Below are positions 1 to 13,421 of a stretch of 64,000 nt of DNA, piece after piece. The first letter of the stretch is position 1, and the number at the start of each line of letters is the position of its first letter. The notes below the pieces were generated by a model. That model made no database searches. It was given only the letters and a program-made list of their open reading frames with translations, and was not told where the DNA came from. The DNA comes from the human T2T-CHM13v2.0 reference genome, Homo sapiens, in assembly GCF_009914755.1 (NCBI RefSeq), contig NC_060925.1; one strand, 5' to 3'. The translations under genes were made by a program, and so were the position numbers.

Positions 1-1647
1 TCAACACCAAACGGAAAAAAACGGAATTATCGAATGGAATCGAAGAGAATCTTCGAACGGACCCGAATGGAATCATCTAATGGAATGGAATGGAATAATC
101 CATGGACTCGAATGCAATCATCATCGAATGGAATCGAATGGAATCATCGAATGGACTCGAATGGAATAATCATTGAACGGAATCGAATGGAATCATCATC
201 GGATGGAAACGAATGGAATCATCATCGAATGGAAATGAAAGGAGTCATCATCTAATGGAATTGCATGGAATCATCATAAAATGGAATCGAATGGAATCAA
301 CATCAAATGGAATCAAATGGAATCATTGAACGGAATTGAATGGAATCGTCATCGAATGAATTGACTGCAATCATCGAATGGTCTCGAATGGAATCATCTT
401 CAAATGGAATGGAATGGAATCATCGCATAGAATCGAATGGAATTATCATCGAATGGAATCGAATGGAATCAACATCAAACGGAAAAAAACGGAATTATCG
501 AATGGAATCGAAGAGAATCATCGAATGGACCTGAATGGAATCATCTAATGGAATGGAATGGAATAATCCATGGACTCCAATGCAATCATCATCGAATGGA
601 ATCGAATGGAATCATCGAATGGACTCGAATGGAATAATCATTGAACGGAAACGAATGGAATCATCATCGGATGGAAATGAATGGAATCATCATCGAATGG
701 AATCGAATAGAATTATGGAATGAAATCCAGTGTGATCATCATCGAATGGACCCGAATGGAATCATCATCCAACGGAAGCTAATGGAATCAACATCGAATG
801 AATCGAATGGAAACACCATCGAATTGAAACGAATGGAATTATCATGAAATTGAAATGGATGGACTCATCATCGAATGGATTCGAATGGAATCATCGAATA
901 AAATTGATTGAAATCATCATCGAATGGAATCGAATGGTATCATTGAATGGAATCGAATGGAATCATCATCAGATGGAAATGAATGGAATCGTCATAGAAT
1001 GGAATCGAATGGATTCATTGAATGGAATCAGATGGAATCATTGAATGGACTGGAATGGAATCATTGAATGGACTCGAAAGGGATCATGATTGAATGGAAT
1101 TGAATGGAATCATCGAATGGTCTCGATTGGAATCATTATCAAATGGAATCGAATGGAATCACCGAATAGAATCGAATGGAACAATCATCGAATGGACTCA
1201 AATGGAATTATCCTCAAATGGAATCGAATGGAATTATCGAATGCAATCGAATGGAATTATCGAATGCAATCGAATAGAATCATCGAATGGACTCGAATGG
1301 AATCATCGAATGGAATGGAATGGAACAGTCAATGAACACGAATGGAATCATCATTGAATGGAATCGAATGGAATCATCGAGTGGAATCGAATGGAATTAT
1401 GATCAAATGGAATCGAATGTAATCATCATCAAATGGAATCAAAAATAACCATCATCAATTGGTATTGAATGGAATTGTCATCAAATGGAATTCAAAGGAA
1501 TCATCATCAAATGGAACCGAATGGAATCCTCATTGAATGGAAATGAAAGGGGTCATCATCTAATGGAATCGCATGGAATCATCATCAAATGGAATCGAAT
1601 GGAATCATCATCAAATGGAATCTAATGGAATCATTGAACAGAATTGA

Positions 1648-2706
1648 ATGGAATGGTCATTGAATGAATTGAATGCAATCATCGAATGGTCTCGAATGGA
1701 ATCATCTTCTAATGGAAAGGAATGGAATCATCGCATAGAATCGAATGGAATTATCATCGAATGGAATCGAATGGTATCAACACCAAACGGAAAAAAACGG
1801 AATTATCGAATGGAATCGAAGAGAATCTTCGAACGGACCCGAATGGAATCATCTAATGGAATAGAATGGAATAATCCATGGACTCGAATGCAATCATCAT
1901 CGAATGGAATCGAATGGAATCATCGAATGGACTCGAATGGAATAATCATTGAACGGAATCGAATGGAATCATCATCGGATGGAAACGAATGGAATCATCA
2001 TCGAATGGAAATGAAAGGAGTCATCATCTAATGGAATTGCATGGAATCATCATAAAATGGAATCGAATGGAATCAACATCAAATGGAATCAAATGGAATC
2101 ATTGAACGGAATTGAATGGAATCGTCATCGAATGAATTGACTGCAATCATCGAATGGTCTCGGAATCATCTTCAAATGGAATGGAATGGAATCATCGCAT
2201 AGAATCGAATGGAATTATCATCGAATGGAATCGAATGGAATCAACATCAAACGGAAAAAAACGGAATTATCGAATGGAATCGAAGAGAATCATCGAATGG
2301 ACCCGAATGGAATCATCTAATGGAATGGAATGGAATAATCCATGGACTCGAATGCAATCATCATCGAATGGAATCGAATGGAATCATCGAATGAACTCGA
2401 ATGGAATCATCATTGAATGGAATCGAATGGAATCATCGAGTGGAATCGAATGGAATTATGATCAAATGGAATCGAATGTAATCATCATCAAATGGAATCA
2501 AAAATAACCATCATCAATTGGTATTGAATGGAATTGTCATCAAATGGAATTCAAAGGAATCATCATCAAATGGAACCGAATGGAATCCTCATTGAATGGA
2601 AATGAAAGGGGTCATCATCTAATGGAATCGCATGGAATCATCATCAAATGGAATCGAATGGAATCATCATCAAATGGAATCTAATGGAATCATTGAACAG
2701 AATTGA
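1648..2706 (+). repeat. Short unit, 1,059 bp (713-bp deletion plus 4-bp deletion)
   Basis: Junction gaatcatcgAATGaactcgaatggaatcatcattg at ~2390 joins subunit B to late block C. Confidence 0.92.
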
Positions 2707-4482
2707 ATGGAATCGTCATCGAATGAATTGAATGCAATCATCGAATGGTCTCGAATGGAATCATCTTCTAATGGAAAGGAATGGAATCATCGCATAGAAT
2801 CGAATGGAATTATCATCGAATGGAATCGAATGGTATCAACACCAAACGGAAAAAAACGGAATTATCGAATGGAATCGAAGAGAATCTTCGAACGGACCCG
2901 AATGGAATCATCTAATGGAATGGAATGGAATAATCCATGGACTCGAATGCAATCATCATCGAATGGAATCGAATGGAATCATCGAATGGACTCGAATGGA
3001 ATAATCATTGAACGGAATCGAATGGAATCATCATCGGATGGAAACGAATGGAATCATCATCGAATGGAAATGAAAGGAGTCATCATCTAATGGAATTGCA
3101 TGGAATCATCATAAAATGGAATCGAATGGAATCAACATCAAATGGAATCAAATGGAATCATTGAACGGAATTGAATGGAATCGTCATCGAATGAATTGAC
3201 TGCAATCATCGAATGGTCTCGAATGGAATCATCTTCAAATGGAATGGAATGGAATCATCGCATAGAATCGAATGGAATTATCATCGAATGGAATCGAATG
3301 GAATCAACATCAAACGGAAAAAAACGGAATTATCGAATGGAATCGAAGAGAATCATCGAATGGACCCGAATGGAATCATCTAATGGAATGGAATGGAATA
3401 ATCCATGGACTCGAATGCAATCATCATCGAATGGAATCGAATGGAATCATCGAATGGACTCGAATGGAATAATCATTGAACGGAAACGAATGGAATCATC
3501 ATCGGATGGAAATGAATGGAATCATCATCGAATGGAATCGAATAGAATTATGGAATGAAATCCAGTGTGATCATCATCGAATGGACCCGAATGGAATCAT
3601 CATCCAACGGAAGCTAATGGAATCAACATCGAATGAATCGAATGGAAACACCATCGAATTGAAACGAATGGAATTATCATGAAATTGAAATGGATGGACT
3701 CATCATCGAATGGATTCGAATGGAATCATCGAATAAAATTGATTGAAATCATCATCGAATGGAATCGAATGGTATCATTGAATGGAATCGAATGGAATCA
3801 TCATCAGATGGAAATGAATGGAATCGTCATAGAATGGAATCGAATGGATTCATTGAATGGAATCAGATGGAATCATCGAATGGACTGGAATGGAATCATT
3901 GAATGGACTCGAAAGGGATCATGATTGAATGGAATTGAATGGAATCATCGAATGGTCTCGATTGGAATCATTATCAAATGGAATCGAATGGAATCACCGA
4001 ATAGAATCGAATGGAACAATCATCGAATGGACTCAAATGGAATTATCCTCAAATGGAATCGAATGGAATTATCGAATGCAATCGAATGGAATTATCGAAT
4101 GCAATCGAATAGAATCATCGAATGGACTCGAATGGAATCATCGAATGGAATGGAATGGAACAGTCAATGAACACGAATGGAATCATCATTGAATGGAATC
4201 GAATGGAATCATCGAGTGGAATCGAATGGAATTATGATCAAATGGAATCGAATGTAATCATCATCAAATGGAATCAAAAATAACCATCATCAATTGGTAT
4301 TGAATGGAATTGTCATCAAATGGAATTCAAAGGAATCATCATCAAATGGAACCGAATGGAATCCTCATTGAATGGAAATGAAAGGGGTCATCATCTAATG
4401 GAATCGCATGGAATCATCATCAAATGGAATCGAATGGAATCATCATCAAATGGAATCTAATGGAATCATTGAACAGAATTGA

Positions 4483-5541
4483 ATGGAATGGTCATTGAAT
4501 GAATTGAATGCAATCATCGAATGGTCTCGAATGGAATCATCTTCTAATGGAAAGGAATGGAATCATCGCATAGAATCGAATGGAATTATCATCGAATGGA
4601 ATCGAATGGTATCAACACCAAACGGAAAAAAACGGAATTATCGAATGGAATCGAAGAGAATCTTCGAACGGACCCGAATGGAATCATCTAATGGAATAGA
4701 ATGGAATAATCCATGGACCCGAATGCAATCATCATCGAATGGAATCGAATGGAATCATCGAATGGACTCGAATGGAATAATCATTGAACGGAATCGAATG
4801 GAATCATCATCGGATGGAAACGAATGGAATCATCATCGAATGGAAATGAAAGGAGTCATCATCTAATGGAATTGCATGGAATCATCATAAAATGGAATCG
4901 AATGGAATCAACATCAATTGGAATCAAATGGAATCATTGAACGGAATTGAATGGAATCGTCATCGAATGAATTGACTGCAATCATCGAATGGTCTCGGAA
5001 TCATCTTCAAATGGAATGGAATGGAATCATCGCATAGAATCGAATGGAATTATCATCGAATGGAATCGAATGGAATCAACATCAAACGGAAAAAAACGGA
5101 ATTATCGAATGGAATCGAAGAGAATCATCGAATGGACCCGAATGGAATCATCTAATGGAATGGAATGGAATAATCCATGGACTCGAATGCAATCATCATC
5201 GAATGGAATCGAATGGAATCATCGAATGAACTCGAATGGAATCATCATTGAATGGAATCGAATGGAATCATCGAGTGGAATCGAATGGAATTATGATCAA
5301 ATGGAATCGAATGTAATCATCATCAAATGGAATCAAAAATAACCATCATCAATTGGTATTGAATGGAATTGTCATCAAATGGAATTCAAAGGAATCATCA
5401 TCAAATGGAACCGAATGGAATCCTCATTGAATGGAAATGAAAGGGGTCATCATCTAATGGAATCGCATGGAATCATCATCAAATGGAATCGAATGGAATC
5501 ATCATCAAATGGAATCTAATGGAATCATTGAACAGAATTGA
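4483..5541 (+). repeat. Short unit, 1,059 bp
   Basis: Same junction at ~5225 and 4-bp deletion at ~4996. Confidence 0.92.
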
Positions 5542-8500
5542 ATGGAATCGTCATCGAATGAATTGAATGCAATCATCGAATGGTCTCGAATGGAATCATC
5601 TTCTAATGGAAAGGAATGGAATCATCGCATAGAATCGAATGGAATTATCATCGAATGGAATCGAATGGTATCAACACCAAACGGAAAAAAACGGAATTAT
5701 CGAATGGAATCGAAGAGAATCTTCGAACGGACCCGAATGGAATCATCTAATGGAATGGAATGGAATAATCCATGGACTCCAATGCAATCATCATCGAATG
5801 GAATCGAATGGAATCATCGAATGGACTCGAATGGAATAATCATTGAACGGAATCGAATGGAATCATCATCGGATGGAAACGAATGGAATCATCATCGAAT
5901 GGAAATGAAAGGAGTCATCATCTAATGGAATTGCATGGAATCATCATAAAATAGAATCGAATGGAATCAACATCAAATGGAATCAAATGGAATCATTGAA
6001 CGGAATTGAATGGAATCGTCATCGAATGAATTGACTGCAATCATCGAATGGTCTCGAATGGAATCAACTTCAAATGGAATGGAATGGAATCATCGAATAG
6101 AATCGAATGGAATTATCATCGAATGGAATCAACATCAAACGGAAAAAAACGGAATTATCGAATGGAATCGAAGAGAATCATCGAATGGACCCGAACGGAA
6201 TCATCTAATGGAATGGAATGGAATAATCCATGGACTCGAATGCAATCATCATCGAATGGAATCGAATGGAATCATCGAATGGACTCGAATGGAATAATCA
6301 TTGAACGGAATCGAATGGAATCATCATCGGATGGAAATGAATGGAATCATCATCGAATGGAATCGAATAGAATTATGGAATGAAATCCAGTGTGATCATC
6401 ATCGAATGGACCCGAATGGAATCATCATCCAACGGAAGCTAATGGAATCAACATCGAATGAATCGAATGGAAACACCATCGAATTGAAACGAATGGAATT
6501 ATCATGAAATTGAAATGGATGGACTCATCATCGAATGGATTCGAATGGAATCATCGAATAAAATTGATTGAAATCATCATCGAATGGAATCGAATGGTAT
6601 CATTGATTGGAACCGAATGGAATCATCATCAGATGGAAATGAATGGAATCGTCATAGAATGGAATCGAATGGATTCATTGAATGGAATCAGATGGAATCA
6701 TCGAATGGACTGGAATGGAATCATTGAATGGACTCGAAAGGGATCATGATTGAATGGAATTGAATGGAATCATCGAATGGTCTCGATTGGAATCATTATC
6801 AAATGGAATCGAATGGAATCACCGAATAGAATCGAATGGAACAATCATCGAATGGACTCAAATGGAATTATCCTCAAATGGAATCGAATGGAATTATCGA
6901 ATGCAATCGAATGGAATTATCGAATGCAATCGAATAGAATCATCGAATGGACTCGAATGGAATCATCGAATGGAATGGAATGGAACAGTCAATGAACTCG
7001 AATGGAATCATCATTGAATGGAATCGAATGGAATCATCGAGTGGAATCGAATGGAATTATGATCAAATGGAATCGAATGTAATCATCATCAAATGGAATC
7101 AAAAATAACCATCATCAATTGGTATTGAATGGAATTGTCATCAAATGGAATTCAAAGGAATCATCATCAAATGGAACCGAATGGAATCCTCATTGAATGG
7201 AAATGAAAGGGGTCATCATCTAATGGAATCGCATGGAATCATCATCAAATGGAATCGAATGGAATCATCATCAAATGGAATCTAATGGAATCATTGAACA
7301 GAATTGAATGGAATGGTCATCGAATGAATTGAATGCAATCAACGAATGGTCTCGAATGGAATCATCTTCTAATGGAAAGGAATGGAATCATCGCATAGAA
7401 TCGAATGGAATTATCATCGAATGGAATCGAATGGTATCAACACCAAACGGAAAAAAACGGAATTATCGAATGGAATCGAAGAGAATCTTCGAACGGACCC
7501 GAATGGAATCATCTAATGGAATGGAATGGAACAATCCATGGACTCCAATGCAATCATCATCGAATGGAATCGAATGGAATCATCGAATGGACTCGAATGG
7601 AATAATCATTGAACGGAATCGAATGGAATCATCATCGGATGGAAACGAATGGAATCATCATCGAATGGAAATGAAAGGAGTCATCATCTAATGGAATTGC
7701 ATGGAATCATCATAAAATGGAATCGAATGGAATCAACATCAAATGGAATCAAATGGAATCATTGAACGGAATTGAATGGAATCGTCATCGAATGAATAGA
7801 CTGCAATCATCGAATGGTCTCGGAATCATCTTCAAATGGAATGGAATGGAATCATCGCATAGAATCGAATGGAATTATCATCGAATGGAATCGAATGGAA
7901 TCAACATCAAACGGAAAAAAACGGAATTATCGAATGGAATCGAAGAGAATCATCGAATGGACCCGAATGGAATCATCTAATGGAATGGAATGGAATAATC
8001 CATGGACTCGAATGCAATCATCATCGAATGGAATCGAATGGAATCATCGAATGGACTCGAATGGAATAATCATTGAACGGAATCGAATGGAATCATCATC
8101 GGATGGAAATGAATGGAATCATCATCGAATGGAATCGAATAGAATTATGGAATGAAATCCAGTGTGATCATCATCGAATGGACCCGAATGGAATCATCAT
8201 CCAACGGAAGCTAATGGAATCAACATCGAATGAATCGAATGGAAACACCATCGAATTGAAACGAATGGAATTATCATGAAATTGAAATGGATGGACTCAT
8301 CATCGAATGGATTCGAATGGAATCATCGAATAAAATTGATTGAAATCATCATCGAATGGAATCGAATGGTATCATTGAATGGAATCGAATGGAATCATCA
8401 TCAGATGGAAATGAATGGAATCGTCATAGAATGGAATCGAATGGATTCATTGAATGGAATCAGATGGAATCATCGAATGGACTGGAATGGAATCATTGAA

Positions 8501-11500
8501 TGGACTCGAAAGGGATCATGATTGAATGGAATTGAATGGAATCATCGAATGGTCTCGATTGGAATCATTATCAAATGGAATCGAATGGAATCACCGAATG
8601 GAATCGAATGGAACAATCATCGAATGGACTCAAATGGAATTATCCTCAAATGGAATCGAATGGAATTATCGAATGCAATCGAATGGAATTATCGAATGCA
8701 ATCGAATAGAATCATCGAATGGACTCGAATGGAATCATCGAATGGAATGGAATGGAACAGTCAATGAACGCGAATGGAATCATCATTGAATGGAATCGAA
8801 TGGAATCATCGAGTGGAATCGAATGGAATTATGATCAAATGGAATCGAATGTAATCATCATCAAATGGAATCAAAAATAACCATCATCAATTGGTATTGA
8901 ATGGAATTGTCATCAAATGGAATTCAAAGGAATCATCATCAAATGGAACCGAATGGAATCCTCATTGAATGGAAATGAAAGGGGTCATCATCTAATGGAA
9001 TCGCATGGAATCATCATCAAATGGAATCGAATGGAATCATCATCAAATGGAATCTAATGGAATCATTGAACAGAATTGAATGGAATCGTCATCGAATGAA
9101 TTGAATGCAATCATCGAATGGTCTCGAATGGAATCATCTTCTAATGGAAAGGAATGGAATCATCGCATAGAATCGAATGGAATTATCATCGAATGGAATC
9201 GAATGGTATCAACACCAAACGGAAAAACACGGAATTATCGAATGGAATCGAAGAGAATCTTCGAACGGACCCGAATGGAATCATCTAATGGAATGGAATG
9301 GAATAATCCATGGACTCGAATGCAATCATCATCGAATGGAATCGAATGGAATCATCGAATGGACTCGAATGGAATAATCATTGAACGGAATCGAATGGAA
9401 TCATCATCAGATGGAAACGAATGGAATCATCATCGAATGGAAATGAAAGGAGTCATCATCTAATGGAATTGCATGGAATCATCATAAAATGGAATCGAAT
9501 GGAATCAACATCAAATGGAATCAAATGGAATCATTGAACGGAATTGAATGGAATCGTCATCGAATGAATTGACTGCAATCATCGAATGGTCTCGGAATCA
9601 TCTTCAAATGGAATGGAATGGAATCATCGCATAGAATCGAATGGAATTATCATCGAATGGAATCGAATGGAATCAACATCAAACGGAATAAAACGGAATT
9701 ATCGAATGGAATCGAAGAGAATCATCGAATGGACCCGAATGGAATCATCTAATGGAATGGAATGGAATAATCCATGGACTCGAATGCAATCATCATCGAA
9801 TGGAATCGAATGGAATCATCGAATGGACTCGAATGGAATAATCATTGAACGGAATCGAATGGAATCATCATCGGATGGAAACGAATGGAATCATCATCGA
9901 ATGGAATCGAATAGAATTATGGAATGAAATCCAGTGTGATCATCATCGAATGGACCCGAATGGAATCATCATCCAACGGAAGCTAATGGAATCAACATCG
10001 AATGAATCGAATGGAAACACCATCGAATTGAAACGAATGGAATTATCATGAAATTGAAATGGATGGACTCATCATCGAATGGATTCGAATGGAATCATCG
10101 AATAAAATTGATTGAAATCATCATCGAATGGAATCGAATGGTATCATTGAATGGAATCGAATGGAATCATCATCAGATGGAAATGAATGGAATCGTCATA
10201 GAATGGAATCGAATGGATTCGTTGAATGGAATCAGATGGAATCATCGAATGGACTGGAATGGAATCATTGAATGGACTCGAAAGGGATCATGATTGAATG
10301 GAATTGAATGGAATCATGGAATGGTCTCGATTGGAATCATTATCAAATGGAATCGAATGGAATCACCGAATAGAATCGAATGGAACAATCATCGAATGGA
10401 CTCAAATGGAATTATCCTCAAATGGAATCGAATGGAATTATCGAATGCAATCGAATGGAATTATCGAATGCAATCGAATAGAATCATCGAATGGACTCGA
10501 ATGGAATCATCGAATGGAATGGAATGGAACAGTCAATGAACTCGAATGGAATCATCATTGAATGGAATCGAATGGAATCATCGAGTGGAATCGAATGGAA
10601 TTATGATCAAATGGAATCGAATGTAATCATCATCAAATGGAATCAAAAATAACCATCATCAATTGGTATTGAATGGAATTGTCATCAAATGGAATTCAAA
10701 GGAATCATCATCAAATGGAACCGAATGGAATCCTCATTGAATGGAAATGAAAGGGGTCATCATCTAATGGAATCGCATGGAATCATCATCAAATGGAATC
10801 GAATGGAATCATTGAACAGAATTGAATGGAATCGTCATCGAATGAATTGAATGCAATCATCGAATGGTCTCGAATGGAATCATCTTCTAATGGAAAGGAA
10901 TGGAATCATCGCATAGAATCGAATGGAATTATCATCGAATGGAATCGAATGGTATCAACACCAAACGGAAAAAAACGGAATTATCGAATGGAATCGAAAA
11001 GAATCTTCGAATGGACCCGAATGGAATCATCTAATGGAATGGAATGGAATAATCCATGGACTCGAATGCAATCATGATCGAATGGAATCGAATGGAATCA
11101 TCGAATGGACCCGAATGGAATAATCATTGAACGGAATCGAATGGAATCATCATCAGATGGAAACGAATGGAATCATCATCGAATGGAAATGAAAGGAGTC
11201 ATCATCTAATGGAATTGCATGGAATCATCATAAAATGGAATCGAATGGAATCAACATCAAATGGAATCAAATGGAATCATTGAACGGAATTGAATGGAAT
11301 CGTCATCGAATGAATTGACTGCAATCATCGAATGGTCTCGGAATCATCTTCAAATGGAATGGAATGGAATCATCGCATAGAATCGAATGGAATTATCATC
11401 GAATGGAATCGAATGGAATCAACATCCAACGGAAAAAAACGGAATTATCGAATGGAATCGAAGAGAATCATCGAATGGACCCGAATGGAATCATCTAATG

Positions 11501-12597
11501 GAATGGAATGGAATAATCCATGGACTCGAATGCAATCATCATCGAATGGAATCGAATGGAATCATCGAATGGACTCGAATGGAATAATCATTGAACGGAA
11601 TCGAATGGAATCATCATCGGATGGAAATGAATGGAATCATCATCGAATGGAATCGAATAGAATTATGGAATGAAATCCAGAGTGATCATCATCGAATGGA
11701 CCCGAATGGAATCATCATCCAACGGAAGCTAATGGAATCAACATCGAATGAATCGAATGGAAACACCATCGAATTGAAACGAATGGAATTATCATGAAAT
11801 TGAAATGGATGGACTCATCATCGAATGGATTCGAATGGAATCATCGAATAAAATTGATTGAAATCATCATCGAATGGAATCGAATGGTATCATTGAATGG
11901 AATCGAATGGAATCATCATCAGATGGAAATGAATGGAATCGTCATAGAATGGAATCGAATGGTTTCATTGAATGGAATCAGATGGAATCATCGAATGGAC
12001 TGGAATGGAATCATTGAATGGACTCGAAAGGGATCATGATTGAATGGAATTGAATGGAATCATCGAATGGTCTCGATTGGAATCATTATCAAATGGAATC
12101 GAATGGAATCACCGAATAGAATCGAATGGAACAATCATCGAATGGACTCAAATGGAATTATCCTCAAATGGAATCGAATGGAATTATCGAATGCAATCGA
12201 ATGGAATTATCGAATGCAATCGAATAGAATCATCGAATGGACTCGAATGGAATCATCGAATGGAATGGAATGGAACAGTCAATGAACGCGAATGGAATCA
12301 TCATTGAATGGAATCGAATGGAATCATCGAGTGGAATCGAATGGAATTATGATCAAATGGAATCGAATGTAATCATCATCAAATGGAATCAAAAATAACC
12401 ATCATCAATTGGTATTGAATGGAATTGTCATCAAATGGAATTCAAAGGAATCATCATCAAATGGAACCGAATGGAATCCTCATTGAATGGAAATGAAAGG
12501 GGTCATCATCTAATGGAATCGCATGGAATCATCATCAAATGGAATCGAATGGAATCATCATCAAATGGAATCTAATGGAATCATTGAACAGAATTGA
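5542..12597 (+). repeat. Four long units with small deletions (1,766, 1,772, 1,746, 1,772 bp)
   Basis: 10-bp deletion at ~6121; 4-bp deletions at ~7821, ~9593 and ~11339; 26-bp deletion at ~10800. Confidence 0.88.
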
Positions 12598-13421
12598 ATG
12601 GAATCGTCATCGAATGAATTGAATGCAATCATCGAATGGTCTCGAATGGAATCATCTTCTAATGGAAAGGAATGGAATCATCGCATAGAATCGAATGGAA
12701 TTATCATCGAATGGAATCGAATGGTATCAACACCAAACGGAAAAAAACGGAATTATCGAATGGAATCGAAGAGAATCTTCGAACGGACCCGAATGGAATC
12801 ATCTAATGGAATGGAATGGAATAATCCATGGACTCGAATGCAATCATCATCGAATGGAATCGAATGGAATCATCGAATGGACTCGAATGGAATAATCATT
12901 GAACGGAATCGAATGGAATCATCATCGGATGGAAACGAATGGAATCATCATCGAATGGAAATGAAAGGAGTCATCATCTAATGGAATTGCATGGAATCAT
13001 CATAAAATGGAATCGAATGGAATCAACATCAAATGGAATCAAATGGAATCATTGAACGGAATTGAATGGAAGCGTCATCGAATGAATTGACTGCAATCAT
13101 CGAATGGTCTCGAATGGAATCATCCTCAAATGGAATGGAACGGAATCATCGCATAGAATCGAATGGAATTATCATCGAATGGAATCGAATGGAATCAACA
13201 TCCAACGGAAAAAAACGGAATTATCGAATGGAATCGAAGAGAATCATCGAATGGACCCGAATGGAATCATCTAATGGAATGGAATGGAATAATCCATGGA
13301 CTCGAATGCAATCATCATCGAATGGAATCGAATGGAATTATCGAATGGACTCGAATGGAATAATCATTGAACAGAATCGAATGGAATCATCATCGGATGG
13401 AAATGAATGGAATCATCATCG
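12486..13421 (+). repeat. Example of the internal ~468-bp tandem duplication (subunits A and B) within each unit
   Basis: Starts at 12598 and 13066 are 468 bp apart. Diagnostic differences A vs B: ttgaatgca/ttgactgca, ttctaatggaaagg/ttcaaatggaatgg, ggtatcaacacc/ggaatcaacatc, aatcttcgaacgg/aatcatcgaatgg. The preceding tails are also paralogous (gaaaggggtc...aacaga vs gaaaggagtc...aacgga). Boundaries are approximate. Confidence 0.9.

Larger units (their letters stand above)
1..5541 (+). repeat. Two copies (first truncated by window edge) of a 2,835-bp long+short composite unit (1,776+1,059)
   Basis: Landmarks repeat at +2,835 (340/3175, 1648/4483, 2154/4989) and share variants: aacggaaacg, aatgaacacg, aatggtcattg, ggaatagaatgg and the 4-bp deletion ggtctcggaatc. 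Confidence 0.92.

Noticed and set aside
40-60. GAAgaGAAtcTTC in subunit A as a heat-shock element
   Set aside because: Only two properly alternating nGAAn units, and GAA is ubiquitous here; not a supported HSE.
896-920. AATAAA and the near-palindrome TGATTGAAATCA, once per long unit, as a polyadenylation signal or DUX4-like site
   Set aside because: Short motifs are expected in A-rich satellite; spacing does not match the 11-bp DUX4 consensus and there is no transcript evidence in the sequence.
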